DNA of 64,000 nucleotides, taken from positions 12,871,166 through 12,935,165 of the forward strand of contig CM082584.2 of assembly GCA_040954595.2 (NCBI GenBank), in the 5' to 3' direction. A program made the position numbers and the translations under genes. Shown here in pieces: positions 39,001-53,000 of the stretch; the first letter of the stretch is position 1, and every line of letters starts with the position of its first letter. The DNA is from Balanoglossus misakiensis. Taxonomy: Eukaryota > Animalia > Hemichordata. Under the pieces are notes generated by a model that was not told the origin of the DNA, did not search any database, and saw only the letters and a list, made by a program, of their open reading frames with translations.

Positions 39001-40824
39001 ATCACACTATGAGGAGAGAAACACTGCCTGTGAATGTTGGTTTGCAATTCTCCCAAAGACCTCCATTTTCTTGTGTTGTATCTATATTTGGACAAAACTA
39101 TGGCAGTGATAAAATTATAACTGCCGTATAGTATTGTGTGACTAGATAAAAACTGGTGCCACTTACCTCGGGTGTGAACCATCCTGGTACAAGAACTTTC
39201 AATATCCGTATCATGCGACTGTTGGCAACAGAGAAAACAGTGTATCAACAAGGAGACAAAATTTATGATCATAAAGAAAATTGAAGCATTAAGATAAAAC
39301 AATAGGCAAAGCTGCCTGTGTACAGAAATCATCAATGTTCTCTGAGGTAGCTTTTAATACCAGAATGGATTATGTCAAATAGCTGGGGCAGGTGTATTAG
39401 AATTGCTCAATATTTTTTTTCAACAACCCAGCACTTTTGTAGTGACTAGCTACGTTACATGTACAGCATAAGAAACTATTATTCCACTTACCTGACAAAT
39501 ACTTTGTCAATGGCTGCCTTCTCTTTGTGGTCATCTTTCTGTCCTTCTAAAACAATTGGAATATTGGCAGAACTCACTCTGAAATGCAAGTGAAAGATAA
39601 ATTTTTGTGAATGACCTTATTTATTAATTTTAATGAAGTTACATGTACCAGTAATCTCACAGGGAGAGCTAGAGGAGTAGGCCACTGGAACCTGAATGAA
39701 AATATCAGTAAACATATGTTCAAGCTAATTAAAAGTGACTGACACAAATATCGAAACTTAAAGGGGCATATATAGATGAAGAAAAACTAATAGTGATATT
39801 AACAAAAGAACTGCTGGTATGTAGGTGTTATAACTGCCACATTAGTAAAAGCTGATATTTTTTTCCCCAATAAACAGATCCAGTACACAGAAAGGTGAAC
39901 TGGTCCATCGTTTTTATCCACAGAAATGTTCCAGTGTACAAATGTGGGCCTTTAAATATATAAACAACAGTAAAAGTCATATAAAGTATCACTGCCAGTT
40001 GAACCAGTGCAGATGTAGTACATGTACATTGAAGCTCCAAAATATCAAAACCAACAAAGATACTTATGATGTCACCAAAGAAACTGTTGTCTTGAAAACG
40101 ATTAAACGTTAATAATTAGTACCACACAAATGATTTTTACGTAAAATCCCCTACAGCTCTAGATAAAGAAAGGTCATCTCACAATAGAGGTGACAGTGAC
40201 ATTGTCTCATACCTTCTATGCAATATGACAATTCTTACCACTCAATAGAAAACTTGCCTACTTAGATAAAACCTACCAAAAGGCAGTAGCACACATGCTA
40301 GTTGTGTCAACCTTATACGTACTATGACTATGCTAGAACTACTAATTCGGTACACCAGTGTGTCAACAAACTTTTTCAAAGAGCTATATACTAGTACATG
40401 TACTTGATTGAGAGGAGAAAATGCAAGTTGATAGATATAGATGGTGTGATGCAGAACCGGTACTGCAGTTGTTGTGACCGTCACTTAACAGCTAAATAGC
40501 CTTACTTCAACCATGAATAAAGAAATCTTTAAGATAAATTGTAACCAAAGCAATCGGTCACATTTTTCTAGGTGAGTTACGATTGGACTTTGAGCAGCTT
40601 AGACAAGGCAAGACGCCGTACATGTACCGGTAAAAACCCTGGTTCTGGCGTACGGATTCGAGGCAATCGCAACGACCAGGCATTCTTAGTCGTTTACAAA
40701 CCTACCCTCTTTTCATCAGCTGTCTTCTCTTTCTCGCCCGATTCAAGTAATAAAAGCCGATCAGCGCTACCAGAGCACCGGTCGATGACTTCGGCGTTAT
40801 CTTCAATTTACTGAACACCGCCAT
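33040..40824 (-). CDS. ABCD3: Peroxisomal ABC half-transporter PMP70, multi-exon
   Basis: [45 protein letters not shown] region [21 protein letters not shown], Walker [13 protein letters not shown], signature LSGGEKQR, Walker [13 protein letters not shown], and ABCD3-type C-terminus [25 protein letters not shown]. Confidence 0.97.
36260..36340. repeat. Short foldback element (about 80 bp) in an ABCD3 intron; possible remnant of a non-autonomous DNA transposon
   Basis: aaggtagactggacctcaaaaagctcagtcttaaag ... ctttaagacagatttttgaggtgtagtctacctt: imperfect arms of about 35 bp, with the left end overlapping ttaa. Confidence 0.65.
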
Positions 40825-41259
40825 GACACTGCTGGACGCAATAACGCAACGAACGAAATGAACTTTGGTCAATCGAGGTCGCGAGGTGAAAGGTCGATGA
40901 TATGCAAATTTCATTTGAAAAACAAAAGTATCTGATGTATGAAAAATGTAGGCACTAGAGGGCTCTGGGCTATAATAGTATAGGTATGGAACATGCAGAG
41001 CAAATTATTTATATACCCGCGTTTTGACAAGAAAATTGACAGGAAGTTTGGCAAATCCGAGTGTGCTGCTGCATTTTCCACAACTTGAAGTTTTCATAAT
41101 ACAGATTTTGTATTTAATGGACCGTGCTCAAAAGTTGCTCTTTTTAATGAACAGAAGGCCCAATGAGTATTTCTGGATGGGTGAAGACACGATTGAAGAT
41201 TATTTCTCAAATTTGATTTCAACAGCCTGTTATTTTTTTTTTTTTTTCACTCACGTCAG

Positions 41260-42234
41260 ATACCTGATGACGTTTCATGTCCAAAACCGAAATTGGAACG
41301 AATTCATGATGTGAGTGTGATCAAACGAGGTGACTGTCTGGCAGTGACAGGATTTCGGCGCATGTACCTCCATTACTCGATCGCACTGGAGGACGGTTGC
41401 CATGCCAAAACGACAGGGCGACTACGTGCCATCAACTTTAATGGTGGAGCTTGGTCTTACTTCGTGGAAGGAGTGATGGGGAAAGTCATCAAAGAAGAGA
41501 TTGATGTTGACACATCAGGTGCAGTCCACGTATACCGAGCTACTTTTGACAACAGTGCCGGAGCGGAAGATGTCGTTGCGAGAGCTCTCAGTCGTCTCGG
41601 GGAGACAGAATACTCAGCACGTTGGAACAACTGTCATCACCTGGCCATTTGGTGTTGCACTGGCCGTAGTGTTTCTCATCAAATTGTTGAGAATCGCTCT
41701 TTAAGATTCCTCGCGAGCATATTGGATGAAGTACGGCCTAAGGTTGTGTTTTTCAGAAACTTCCTCAAATGCACACTCACGATTATTCTCAAACTCAAAG
41801 AAGTCTGCCCAAACATTCGTGAAATCTTAATTTTCCTGGCGGCAGGGGACTACACTTTGTGCTCACAACCAGTTACTCCCCTGAAATCCGTGAACGCATT
41901 GGACACAGTAATTTCGCTGGTGGGAATTTCTGCAATCACTGAAATACTTTTTCTCCTCCACGGACTGGCAGAAATGAACCGACTCAAAGAAAAAGAACTG
42001 ATAACGGACGCAGAAAAACTTCTTGTATTCAAGATCCACTTGGGACGTTTTCTCGGAGGCGTTTTCTGCACTGCCTACGGTACCATGTTGGGCGAAGGAT
42101 TTTGCAGCTCAGCACCAGTCCTTGTAGGCATCATCAATGGAGTTGCGTGGAGTTTCATTGGAAGATTCTGTGGAGGTTTCATTGGCGGAGAGATATCTCT
42201 GGTTTATAACACTCTCAAACACAAATGGAACTGA
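41260..42234 (+). CDS. LRAT/PLAAT (HRASLS) family permuted NlpC/P60 protein with a hydrophobic Gly-rich C-terminus; start codon uncertain
   Basis: GDCLAV...MYLHYSI (catalytic His), VVARALSRLGETEYSARWNNCHHLAIWCCTG (NCEHF-like catalytic Cys motif). The frame is open from a poly-T acceptor at 41260; first in-frame ATG is near 41362. Confidence 0.85.
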   Translation: MPDDVSCPKPKLERIHDVSVIKRGDCLAVTGFRRMYLHYSIALEDGCHAKTTGRLRAINFNGGAWSYFVEGVMGKVIKEEIDVDTSGAVHVYRATFDNSAGAEDVVARALSRLGETEYSARWNNCHHLAIWCCTGRSVSHQIVENRSLRFLASILDEVRPKVVFFRNFLKCTLTIILKLKEVCPNIREILIFLAAGDYTLCSQPVTPLKSVNALDTVISLVGISAITEILFLLHGLAEMNRLKEKELITDAEKLLVFKIHLGRFLGGVFCTAYGTMLGEGFCSSAPVLVGIINGVAWSFIGRFCGGFIGGEISLVYNTLKHKWN

Positions 42235-42469
42235 AATTTGTGATTGGTCAACTGAAAGTAGAACAGTGATCGAGACACTTGAAAGTGCAATTTAACTTTT
42301 TTTCTCCGTGAATGAGACACTTGGAACAGTCAAAGAAAGTGCGAGACAACATGATAGCTTTGTAGTCAGAACACTTACAATAGTTAATGCTGAACACCAC
42401 GTATCGTATTTATTTGTTTGTACTCGTCTCCGCTGAGAGACGAGGATCGTGATGATTTCAGCAACCACG

Positions 42470-42513
42470 ACATACATACATACATACATATATGTACATA
42501 GATGTATGTACGT

Positions 42514-42552
<39 letters not shown>

Positions 42553-42619
42553 TACATACATACATACATACATACATACATACATACATACATACATACA
42601 TACATACATACATACATAC
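42470..42619. repeat. Compound (TACA)n/(CA)n microsatellite
   Basis: Directly visible; it explains the spurious MYVC/HTYI ORFs. Confidence 0.97.
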
Positions 42620-44057
42620 AAGACACTGAATTTTAAATTGACTTTTAATTCACAGTTCATGAAATGTATAATTATACATACACATGTAGTTTTTACAATA
42701 AAATATGTTGAGGTAAATTTGACACATAATTCCATTAGTAGATTACTTTTTTACAATTTTCCTTCTTAGGATCTAAAGTCCATTTGTACAATATAATGTA
42801 CACATATTACTTGTGTAAATAACAAAAAATTGCTATTTTTTGTGCATGAACTGAATTCTAACTTGTTCTGCAGCATGTATGTCTCCTAGTTTGGCATTAG
42901 GTGTGCATCACAAGAAATTCTAAGAACTTAATTCGAGATCAAAATTGCCAATGTTTATATATGTATACTTAGTCTAGGATTAATTTACCATTCCATTCCA
43001 CTAAAAAGCAAAGTTCTGTTAGTAAAGTTAAAGTGCAGACCAACCATGATGAGATATTATTTGGAAAGTGTCAATATGACATCTTGACAGTAAAATCACA
43101 ATATGTGACAAGGTCAAGGATCAACTTCACAATTTCTCAAAATCAAACTGGTGGGTTCACCAACAAAAGTGTCAGGATGTGAGGTCACATCTCTCAACAA
43201 TTGCCCATTCCAGTGTCTAAAACAGTCTGTATTATTACATTTTGGCTCTTTCGTCGTTTTCGCAATAATTGCTCCATTGGCTTATTAAGCTTCTTGCTTG
43301 TTGGACACCTCAAACACAGACTGATACTTTTACTGATGAAATTGAACATCATTTTTTAAAAACTGACAAACCCGCAGCACACTTCCCCATACAAGCTTGT
43401 CTAAAACTAATAATTTTTCCCCTTACCCAAAACTTCTTAATTTATACAATTACACCTCAGGTTAATTAGTAAATATTAGTAACAATCTCTGGAAATAAGC
43501 TAAATTTTTAAAAGCATTTTTCACTATTTGTAATGAAATGATCAACTGTGACTTTGATTTTGGCATAAAGCAAATAATAGAATATACATATTTTAATTGT
43601 AATAGTGTATAGACACTGCATGAGTATGGGTGATTTCAATTTGCAGCTTTTGAAAGACTGTGATATCATATATGTCACAAAATTCAACATTCACAAGAGA
43701 CTGCCATCAGCTATATGTTTGTGACATAAATACTTTGATCTACAACGAACTGGCAGTGTTTAAGAACTTTATACACAACAGTTCTTGTGAGTGTAGTTGT
43801 GTATTATGTACTGATGTTGCTTACAAGTACATGTGCACCAGAAACACCAGGATGTAAAGCAGCTAGGCCATTGGGGTATTGAAAATGTCTACTAATTTAT
43901 TCTCAGACATGCTTACCCAGTAATTAAAAGAAACAGATTCACAACTCCTATGCTGTGATTATCAGATACAAATTCATCTTAAAGCACCATGCATATTAGT
44001 TACAAACAATGACAGCAAATTAAAATAAAATAAAATAAACTTCTGAGAGGTTACAGC

Positions 44058-47000
44058 TCATTTGAAGTGCTTGATATATGACAGAAACGTGTCCCAGCCA
44101 AGAGTGACGCCATTGACGTAGAGAACTCGGAATCTTGTGGGTACAAAGTAGAAGTTGATGAACTGGGCAGCCGGCCAAACACACCAATCAGCCTGTCAGA
44201 CAAAAAAGACAAGAAAAAAAAAATAAACATGAGTTTTATCATCCACTTTATTGCTATCATACCTATATGGATTAATATTTGTTGATATACTAGCCGAGTC
44301 TACTGAGATTATCGGGAAAACATGCATTGCTACAATACTATCACTTTGATCACTGAGCATTCAAGAATCAATTTTCGGAAATCGCATTTCATTCTTTTTG
44401 TACTCCCACAGAAAAATCTAGAATAAATGTATGGTACCAATGAAGCTTGAAAGTATTTGGTACATTTGGACAATTATCTAATAACTAATTCAAGAATGTG
44501 CGAAACCTGTATTCACTGTTTCAGACTTTACTCAGAGTGTAATCAACCCCATAAAAGCTCAATCTCAAGTCGACTGTAAAATTCAAAACATGTAGAAGTA
44601 ATCCTTGACAGATTTCATTTTGCAGCAAATAAAACCGCTAACTTAGGCACTTAAAATCAGACGAGAAACTTGATTGAATTGAATCCTGACAATCAAATCT
44701 AGAAGTAATGTAGTCAATGTTGGTGATGCAAGTCAGTTGTAGGATGACACGTACACACATTCGTGTTCATTAAACTTCCTTGTAAGAAAAGCTGCGCCCG
44801 TTATTTGAATTCCTTCAGAAGAAACAGGCAAGTGATCGCAGTCAGTGTAAAAAAAATAACTACATGTATTCAGTAAGGAGTGAAAACTTAATTATTAACA
44901 ACAGTTGATGTAACAACTGCACTTATGCATAAAAATGAATGTTGAACTAAACAGGGAGACATATAGGGATTGATACACAGGTGTAATGCAGAAGACAGAC
45001 AGACAGAGATGATGAGAGAGAATTAGCCACAGGCCATATGTGGTTGAAATAAAGAGAATGCAGTATGTAACACACAAGTGCCATCTACATTGCCCTTATC
45101 AAGTTATATCTCTTACGTTTCCACAGTTACACAGCTATTACACATGACGATCACAAGAACAATTTAATACAACTCTCATAACCTGCACCTGATGCCACCA
45201 ACAAGTTTACAACACACAGACCTGTTCATGACATTATGTGTGCCCGCTGTTTTCATTGGAGACGGACGATTAAAAAGTCATTTGATTATACTGCCCTCCC
45301 AATCTATTGGAATAAATTGCTGGTAGTAAAACATCCTGATCGGTTTTCAAGTAGTCTTGCAACCCTGAGAACATTCTTTGCATGTTGGCAAGCATAAATG
45401 TTTTCAGAGACGTACGTTACCAGCTGATTTGGACATAGCAAATTCAGTAAGACTGTAATATTTACAGAAAAAAAATGTGAATATTAAGAATGTAAATTAC
45501 CGTGAGCTTGTGGGAATAAACTGCAGAAGAGCTACTGGTAGATATCTATGCTGAGCAAAGTACGGCACTGTCAGTTGAGTATAAGTGTATGCGTTCACGA
45601 CCGGATATACTAATCTAACGGTATTCATTGATTCTGTAATAACAAGCCAGCGTTCTTATACAGCGTCTAAATCAAAAGCTTTTAGTTGAAGAATGTTTTG
45701 CATTATCGAATATGTTTCAAGCAGCAGGAAATGACTCAGGAAATGGGAAAAAATTGTATCAATGAAAAATCCATTACTCAACCTACCTGTGAGAAAATTG
45801 TGACACTGATATTGTAACAAAATGGATGAATCTGAAGCAATGTCTACATACTTCCGAAATATCTGCTTTGGCACTATGATTTATACAATGTGTATGGTAG
45901 TTGTGGAATTTAATAACTGGATTTTTTGCAGAGGGACTTGTAGCTGAAAAAATTATGTCTGTGAGTTTGTACTTCTGACAACTCCTTCAAAGGAAATGTG
46001 GAAAATTGTAAAACACGTCGGGCAAATAATCTTCTCAGGAAGTTGAACCTTTTCAGACACAAGACTGCTTACATGTACATGCAATATTTCTGTAAGTAAT
46101 AAGTTTACCGAGTATTGAACTGTTTAAAATCAAATTGTAGACAGTATAATACCAGAATGAAGTGAAATTCTGAATCACTGTTCATTTGTTTGGATCAGAG
46201 ATCCAATAATCAACCCTGTTGGCATAGCCTTTGGCTATCTTTTCAGAATTTGAATTCTGTGTATCACTTGCAGTTTATTCCCTCCAAAATTAGCATGATT
46301 ATTAAAAATCTTTCAGTCATTTTGAGAATTTCTAGAATTTCTTTACATCAGCTCTACATGTACACCTTTCTGTGTAATGTGAATAATTTGTTGTATCAGT
46401 GACTATATTATTGGCTTAAGACGGACTCCGGCACATACAATGTTGAGAAGCTGAATCAGTTTTTTTATGTGCTTTAGGGAGTAGAAAAAGAAACTGCAGT
46501 TGGTAACAAAACTAAAATACTGAAAATAGCTAAAATTTACAGCTTCTATCCCTTAATGCTCAACTACAGTATAATCCTTCAATTAAAGCTCGGACCAGAC
46601 AGACCCGGCTGTTTTACATTTACATTTACCCTTTGATAACCATAGACTTGAAAGTCTTGGCAACATTCTTCGAATATGGGGACTTCCAAACTGCGTCAAT
46701 TGGATTGCTGAAGAGGGTTTTGTAACACTCGTGTAATATGTGCAGTCCGTTGCATTTTGATGGTACACATGTATAGCCTTGACACACACAAATGTACTTA
46801 ATGGAAGTACAATGTAGAAGTCTTCAATCTTCTATCTCAAATTTTAATCAGAGCACTCACAAAGGTAAAACTCAACTTTCCGCAGCAACTCTGCAAATGG
46901 CATATTAAACCAGACAAGACACATCCTAACCGTCTATCTTAATGCAATTTCGGCAGACGACAGAGAAGCCAGCGCATAAATCTCTGCAATTTACGATGCA

Positions 47001-50000
47001 ATGATGACGATAATAACCATAATGGCAGCTGAATGCAAAGATACTGGTTGCCAGGCAACCCCTGAGAGTGTGGCTTGCGCTCAACAACTGCGCTGTGTGA
47101 ATGTATGACAGTGTGCACGGACACCCTAAAGGCTTATATCATCTGAACATCAGTTTGCAGCAATTTGCTGTTGCAGTGTTTCACTTGAAAATAATGTCTG
47201 AAGTCATTGATACACAGAATGGCACATGATATTTATGCTCATGCAGTTGTTTTGTTATCCTGTCCACGCACTGTCAGCATTTCCTCGTGTTCCAAATACA
47301 AATGCCAAAACTGAATATGATTTCATTTCCTGAAAGAAGACAGTACCAATAAAATCAGACAAAACCAGTTTTCTTCAATTAGAACCTTTGTTATTCCGTG
47401 TCTTCAATTTTGTATGACTTCACACACAAGTTAAACAGTCAATCAATGTTCTTGTTTAAAACGTACCGTATACTACAATATATGCAGCACACAGAAAAAC
47501 GTCAAATGTAGTAAGCTCTGAATTCTGTTAAAAGCAAAATTAGATTGAGTGAACTGTGGACATCCACAGATTCAACAGTGAATGCATTAAAGGAAGTAAT
47601 TTCTTTCATCGAGTATAAAACATTAAAAGGATTGTGCATGAAGAACTAATTCTGAAGGATAAGTCACTCTAAGATTGACCTAAAAAATTGGAGGAAGCTG
47701 ATATACAACTTTCATTTGTTTTTAATTTGCCGGAAGCCACAGACAATCTCTTTCTGCATTGAAAAAGTTTCATCTCACGGCAGCATTGCACTTTGCCTCA
47801 GAGCCGACACAATCTGTCGTCAAATTTTTGATGCATGCAAACATTTGCCACAGTGAATTGAAATATCCGAAGTACAGAAAGCTTCAAAATAAGGTCTTAA
47901 CACTCAACATGCCATAAAGTCTGACAAAAGTCCACAACTCTACCCATTATTCTTGCACTAAAAACGCATCTTGGTGAGAAAAATCCCAGATACTTCTGAT
48001 ATGCCAAGGTAGCCACTGAAACAGAGTGTAAAACTGTTTCAAAATAATATTCCCATCACTCAAGTAATTGGCTTTGTTACATTCACTATGCGTTCTCACA
48101 CTCTGCAATCATGTCCAGCAAAAATCAATCGAAATGATGCCATGTTCCATTTATCATTGTTCTTCTCATGTTCCCTTTTGTTCCTTAAATACCAAAGGTG
48201 AACTCACCGTACTAGATGGGCTTACTTGGTTAATAACCCGATCAGATGTATGTAACTTCAAATCTGATTTCGGAAATCAAATAAGCCATGAGTTGGAGCG
48301 GCTCAATCTTGGAAGCATTGGAGAACTGATTAGATTAAGAGACAGCAAAGTGATTCTGGAATCAGAATAGTCTATGTGAGTTAACTCAAATGTGACGACC
48401 ATGTATTTGAACCCAGTATTTGAACGTGTATACATATACATCTCAATAGAAGCCACCCAATTTCAGATGGAGTATTTGGTCGACCACCAAAAAATATGGA
48501 CATGTTCTTTTGATTTGATGGTCTAGATGAATCATGCCAATGGTGCTTGATATGATATGCTTAAGAACAAGTGGGCATAGAACGGATGGACAGTGGGTGT
48601 GTTACTTACAATTCATCAAACCCATCGAATGTGAACCCTGACAGCAAAATGGATGGCAAGACCTACAAATAGCATCCACTGATAACAGATAGCCTCACAC
48701 AAAGAAGAGAAATCATTACTCGGTTATATCAGACACTGATCTGCATCTAGGAGGAAACGCACATTAACAACCTACGCATGCCACGATTTCCTTGCTCGTA
48801 AAACCTAAGTTTACACAGGAACTCTCAGAGGGACATTCTGAATGACTGTAGAACACTTGTTGTTGTATTCCTGCAGGTACCATAACCTTTATTGCCATCA
48901 TGCGGCACAAACTGATGGAGTTCTGAAAGATGTGTAAACAATAAACGCTCTTTGACAGTAAATTAAATGATGAAAATTTGTAATTAACACAATGTTTATG
49001 TACATTTACTTTCTTGAACTCAGGAAATGATCTAATGAACAACAAAAACATGTATGTGTAAAGATCGTTGTTAAACGAATTTTCATAGCACTTTATAGAA
49101 TTAGCTCTTGACTACAATGTAACGTTCCACTTTAAGTTTAGCACAATTAGCAGACTGTCTAAGTTAAAAATTTACAGAAGGTGTTGATCTACCCTTTATA
49201 AGAGATTGGAAACCTTAGAAGAGATATCCAGTTTCTATACGAAATAAAACTTTGATTTTCTGTATATAGGTGCAGGCTAACACAGCTGAGCATTTTAAAT
49301 TTCATTTGTTGAGATTATGCGAGGACATTCTGTGCCTCTATGCCGTAGAGGCAATAAAGATTTCCCGCTGCTGCTGATGATATTATATCACTTGCTGAAC
49401 ACAACGATGCTGAATTTTGTTAGATAGATCAAACTCATGGATAACAAGGGTTGCAGTGACTTCCCTGGAGGTGTTTCGGGAAACAGTTGCACAATAATGA
49501 TGGGCGCAGATTTCCCAGAATGGTACTTAGTGACTGCATCCGGAATACAAGGCTGCACACAGATGAAGTCAGCACTGCCTTCAACAAGTAATCAATATAC
49601 GCCCTGCAGAAGGCGATCCAATTTTTATTACCCAAGCGATTATTTGCCAGCTATTGATCAGACTTCGGCAGGGAAATGATGCTGTATCCATAGCAATGCA
49701 GATTACTGAAGCATGCTACCGAGGACCATGTCAGTCTTGGTTTGTGTGGGAGGAAGATACGCATGCTTTCAATTACCAGATCACCAATGATTTTATATAT
49801 GAATGAGATTTTATACCAAAAGATCAGCTGTTTCTATGGCAACACTCATAAAACTGTGTCTTCAGAAAAGGTCTAGACAATGGCTGACAGTCTTGTTTGC
49901 ACTGTGTTCCAATCAAATTCAGAGTTTCACGCACTATTAGTAAAGTCTCATTTAAATCTATTCAGTCTGTGCCATAATTGAATGTTGTACACCAGAAATA

Positions 50001-53000
50001 ATATCTTGGATAAACATGCACTCATAAAACCTTGATACTTTGTGATAAAACACAGATATCTTTTTAGATGAAACTGAGACAAAATCAAAAACTTAATTTT
50101 CACAAACAGTGCCTCATTGTCTCCATTTGAGGCACTCAAAGCATTGGTGCGAGAAATCAAAGTATTTCAAGCGAGAGAGCACATTATTTGAAAACTAGTC
50201 TAGACTCCAGCAAGAAGCAAGCCGTTACCTGGATATGACACATACTGAACGCTCTCTTACAAACAATTTCTCTCTTCAGCAATCAAGTTTACACTTCCAG
50301 CTTCATCCCTGCAAAACGTTAAATCCTTTTCCGGAACTTTTGAGGAGTTTCCAGAAGCAGATTGTTAAATTCCAGGACTTTCCAGGAAGGTATTTAAACC
50401 CTCCATTAAAGGTCAACACAAGGCTTATATATGGTGGACTCCAAAGTAGGGATTCATAGCAGATCACTCATTCAGTTATTTAAAAGGTTAGGAAAGAGTA
50501 TAAATCACAATACAGGTATAAGAAACGAGAATGTTTTTTTTTTAGTCTCATGGGGCAACAAATCGTGATCTTTTAGCGAGTATAATGCAGTGTGAGTATG
50601 GAAACGTCATTCTCAAACGCATCTATCATGGACAGATGCTTGCATTGGTGCATCAAATCCCCTTTCAGTCACAATTTATTCCGGTCATTAGTGGAAGGCT
50701 CTTTGAGCTTGGGATTTAGCCGGGCAATGGAGCGCTGCAATTACCAGCCAGCATATTGAGTCTGACATTGAGTAGAAATCTTCAGGATAGCATAGCAGTC
50801 ATTGTCAGTTACTGAACCAGCATGCAAATATTGATCGGCAGCAACTGATTTTTAATGTACTGCTTGTACAAGATCTGTTTTCCCTTTTCTGGGTTGAAAA
50901 CTACCAGGAGATTGTTATAAGTCACCTCACATTACAATAATGGCATATTTCTCTCTCGCTGTCTGAGTGACAACTTGTCAAAGTGACATTTTGGCAACCA
51001 TAATTTAATTTCTTGATGCATTTATTGAACATAAAATGATGCAGTTTAATTCTTAATTGACACATTCTGATATATCTTATAGTGGGCATCAGTGATGTGC
51101 ATGAACCAAACTTAACTTGCAATAAACAGGACATTAAACAAATATTTGGCACATTTCTTCAAATGACAGCAAGTCACTGACCATACAATGCTTGCGGAAA
51201 ACACCAGGTGGCTATTTTCATTCATTTTCTGTGCTCGTTTTTATGAAAGAAAAAAGAAATTCAAGTCAATGCCTGTGTTGAGTTGGAAAATTGATTAGTT
51301 CTTGCGGAGTGATATGCAAATTGATATAGATCACAGGCATAGTTTTTTTCAATTACATGTCGACTATAACCTGAAATGAACTCCTGCATATAGTGTACAT
51401 TCATGTACTCCATTCTGAAGTATATCTGTCCCACTTTACGCTCACATCTACACAACCATTATATTCTGTCAGCAGGTTAGGCTATATACATAACCACAAT
51501 CTCTTGATGGAATTTGCATTTGAACGTGTCTGGTAAAGTAATGTTGACTTTTAATAATGGATGTACACTGTATTTAGAGTGATTCAATGCGAAACCAGTA
51601 TAGTCACAGCCATTGACGACATTTATTCATGACATATCACTGTAATACCTGTGGTATACAAAAAGCTGACCAGTAATTTTTCATCACTGGTGTTCTGCAA
51701 CTTCTTTTCAGATCTTCAACTGTTGTAAGGGGTTTGTATATGTAATGAATACAATACAGTAATGAACACACATGCATTTATAATATTTGGTTCAATTCTA
51801 GTTGTCAATAATTGTATCAGTGAATAAATGTCTAGTGTAGCTTCATCTTATTTCAGAGAATGAGGATTTTCAGGTTTTGCCTCAGGTTGCTCATGAAACT
51901 TGATGACTGAAAATTACACTATAATCACTGTCTGCACTCTGACAAAACTCTAAGGACTCTGTTCACCTTGTCACAATGCAGCCTTGATGGCATGTTTTAT
52001 GCAAACACTTAATAAGGATGTAACTCGGCTGTGTTTAACGATGCACACCTTTTCAGTGATCTTCTGGCACTTGTCAACTTTATGATGGATCTTAAAGAGG
52101 ATATGTCTTCACCCAGATGTACATATGTAACCTGAAGGCCAAACTCATTACATTCGTACAACTTTTACAGAAACCTTTTATTTACAGAGGTCATTTTAAT
52201 ACAAGGAGTATTTTCTCAGCTGATTACAGACTTAATCGCCATTTGAAACTTCATTCACATGATTCAGCTTTATAAGCCTTCAAGAGTGCATGCAGTAAAC
52301 CGTGTCTGAGTGAGAAAGATCTACTCGCTTGCACTTTCAAAGGTAAATTCTCACTGTTTTACTCGATAATAAAAGTACAAATCTCACTCTTCAATCTCAG
52401 AGAAAAACAAAGCTTTGTTCCACTTTCATGAGTTCTATAGGTATGCAGCATTGATCCAAAGACGGCATTTTCTAGAGTCTTTACACACAAACAGCATTAA
52501 ACTGACAATGAAACACATCAACATGCAGGAAGCATAGAAATGTCAGCCTATCTGTGCAAGGTGGCGTTCTCCCGAGGGTCACAGCTTACAAATAGTGTAA
52601 TTAAACTTTTACATTCAATAACAGCGACATCACCCTGACTGTAAAAGCCTAACCGCATTTCCCAGTCGAGTTTTTTTTTCTTTCTTCTCAGAAAAAAACT
52701 CACCTGACAAGCTGTCACAAAGGAAACATTTCAGCCGCAGCGTATTTGTATACTTCACTTGGAATATTTGATTTAGTTTGATAACTAAAAAGCACTATGT
52801 GTATTAGTTGAAAACACCCAGGGAACATCTACCATTGCTGCTGTGTAGACACTATCAACTACTGCCACTTTCTGAGTTGATGCAAATCTTGACTGAACAG
52901 CTCAGAGGCAGAGTTTTCTGACAAATGAAATAAATTCTGTTAAATCTTATATTTGCTCAATGTTTCCAGTCAAACAGCAATAACAGTATCGGGCTGTGAG

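Noticed and set aside
42292-42769. ORFs of 80-147 aa with MYVC or HTYI repeats
   Set aside because: Translations of the (TACA)n/(CA)n microsatellite.
49437-49679. 80-aa ORF inside the MPV17L2 intron as a nested gene
   Set aside because: No recognisable domain or splice structure, and neighbouring frames are interrupted by stops.
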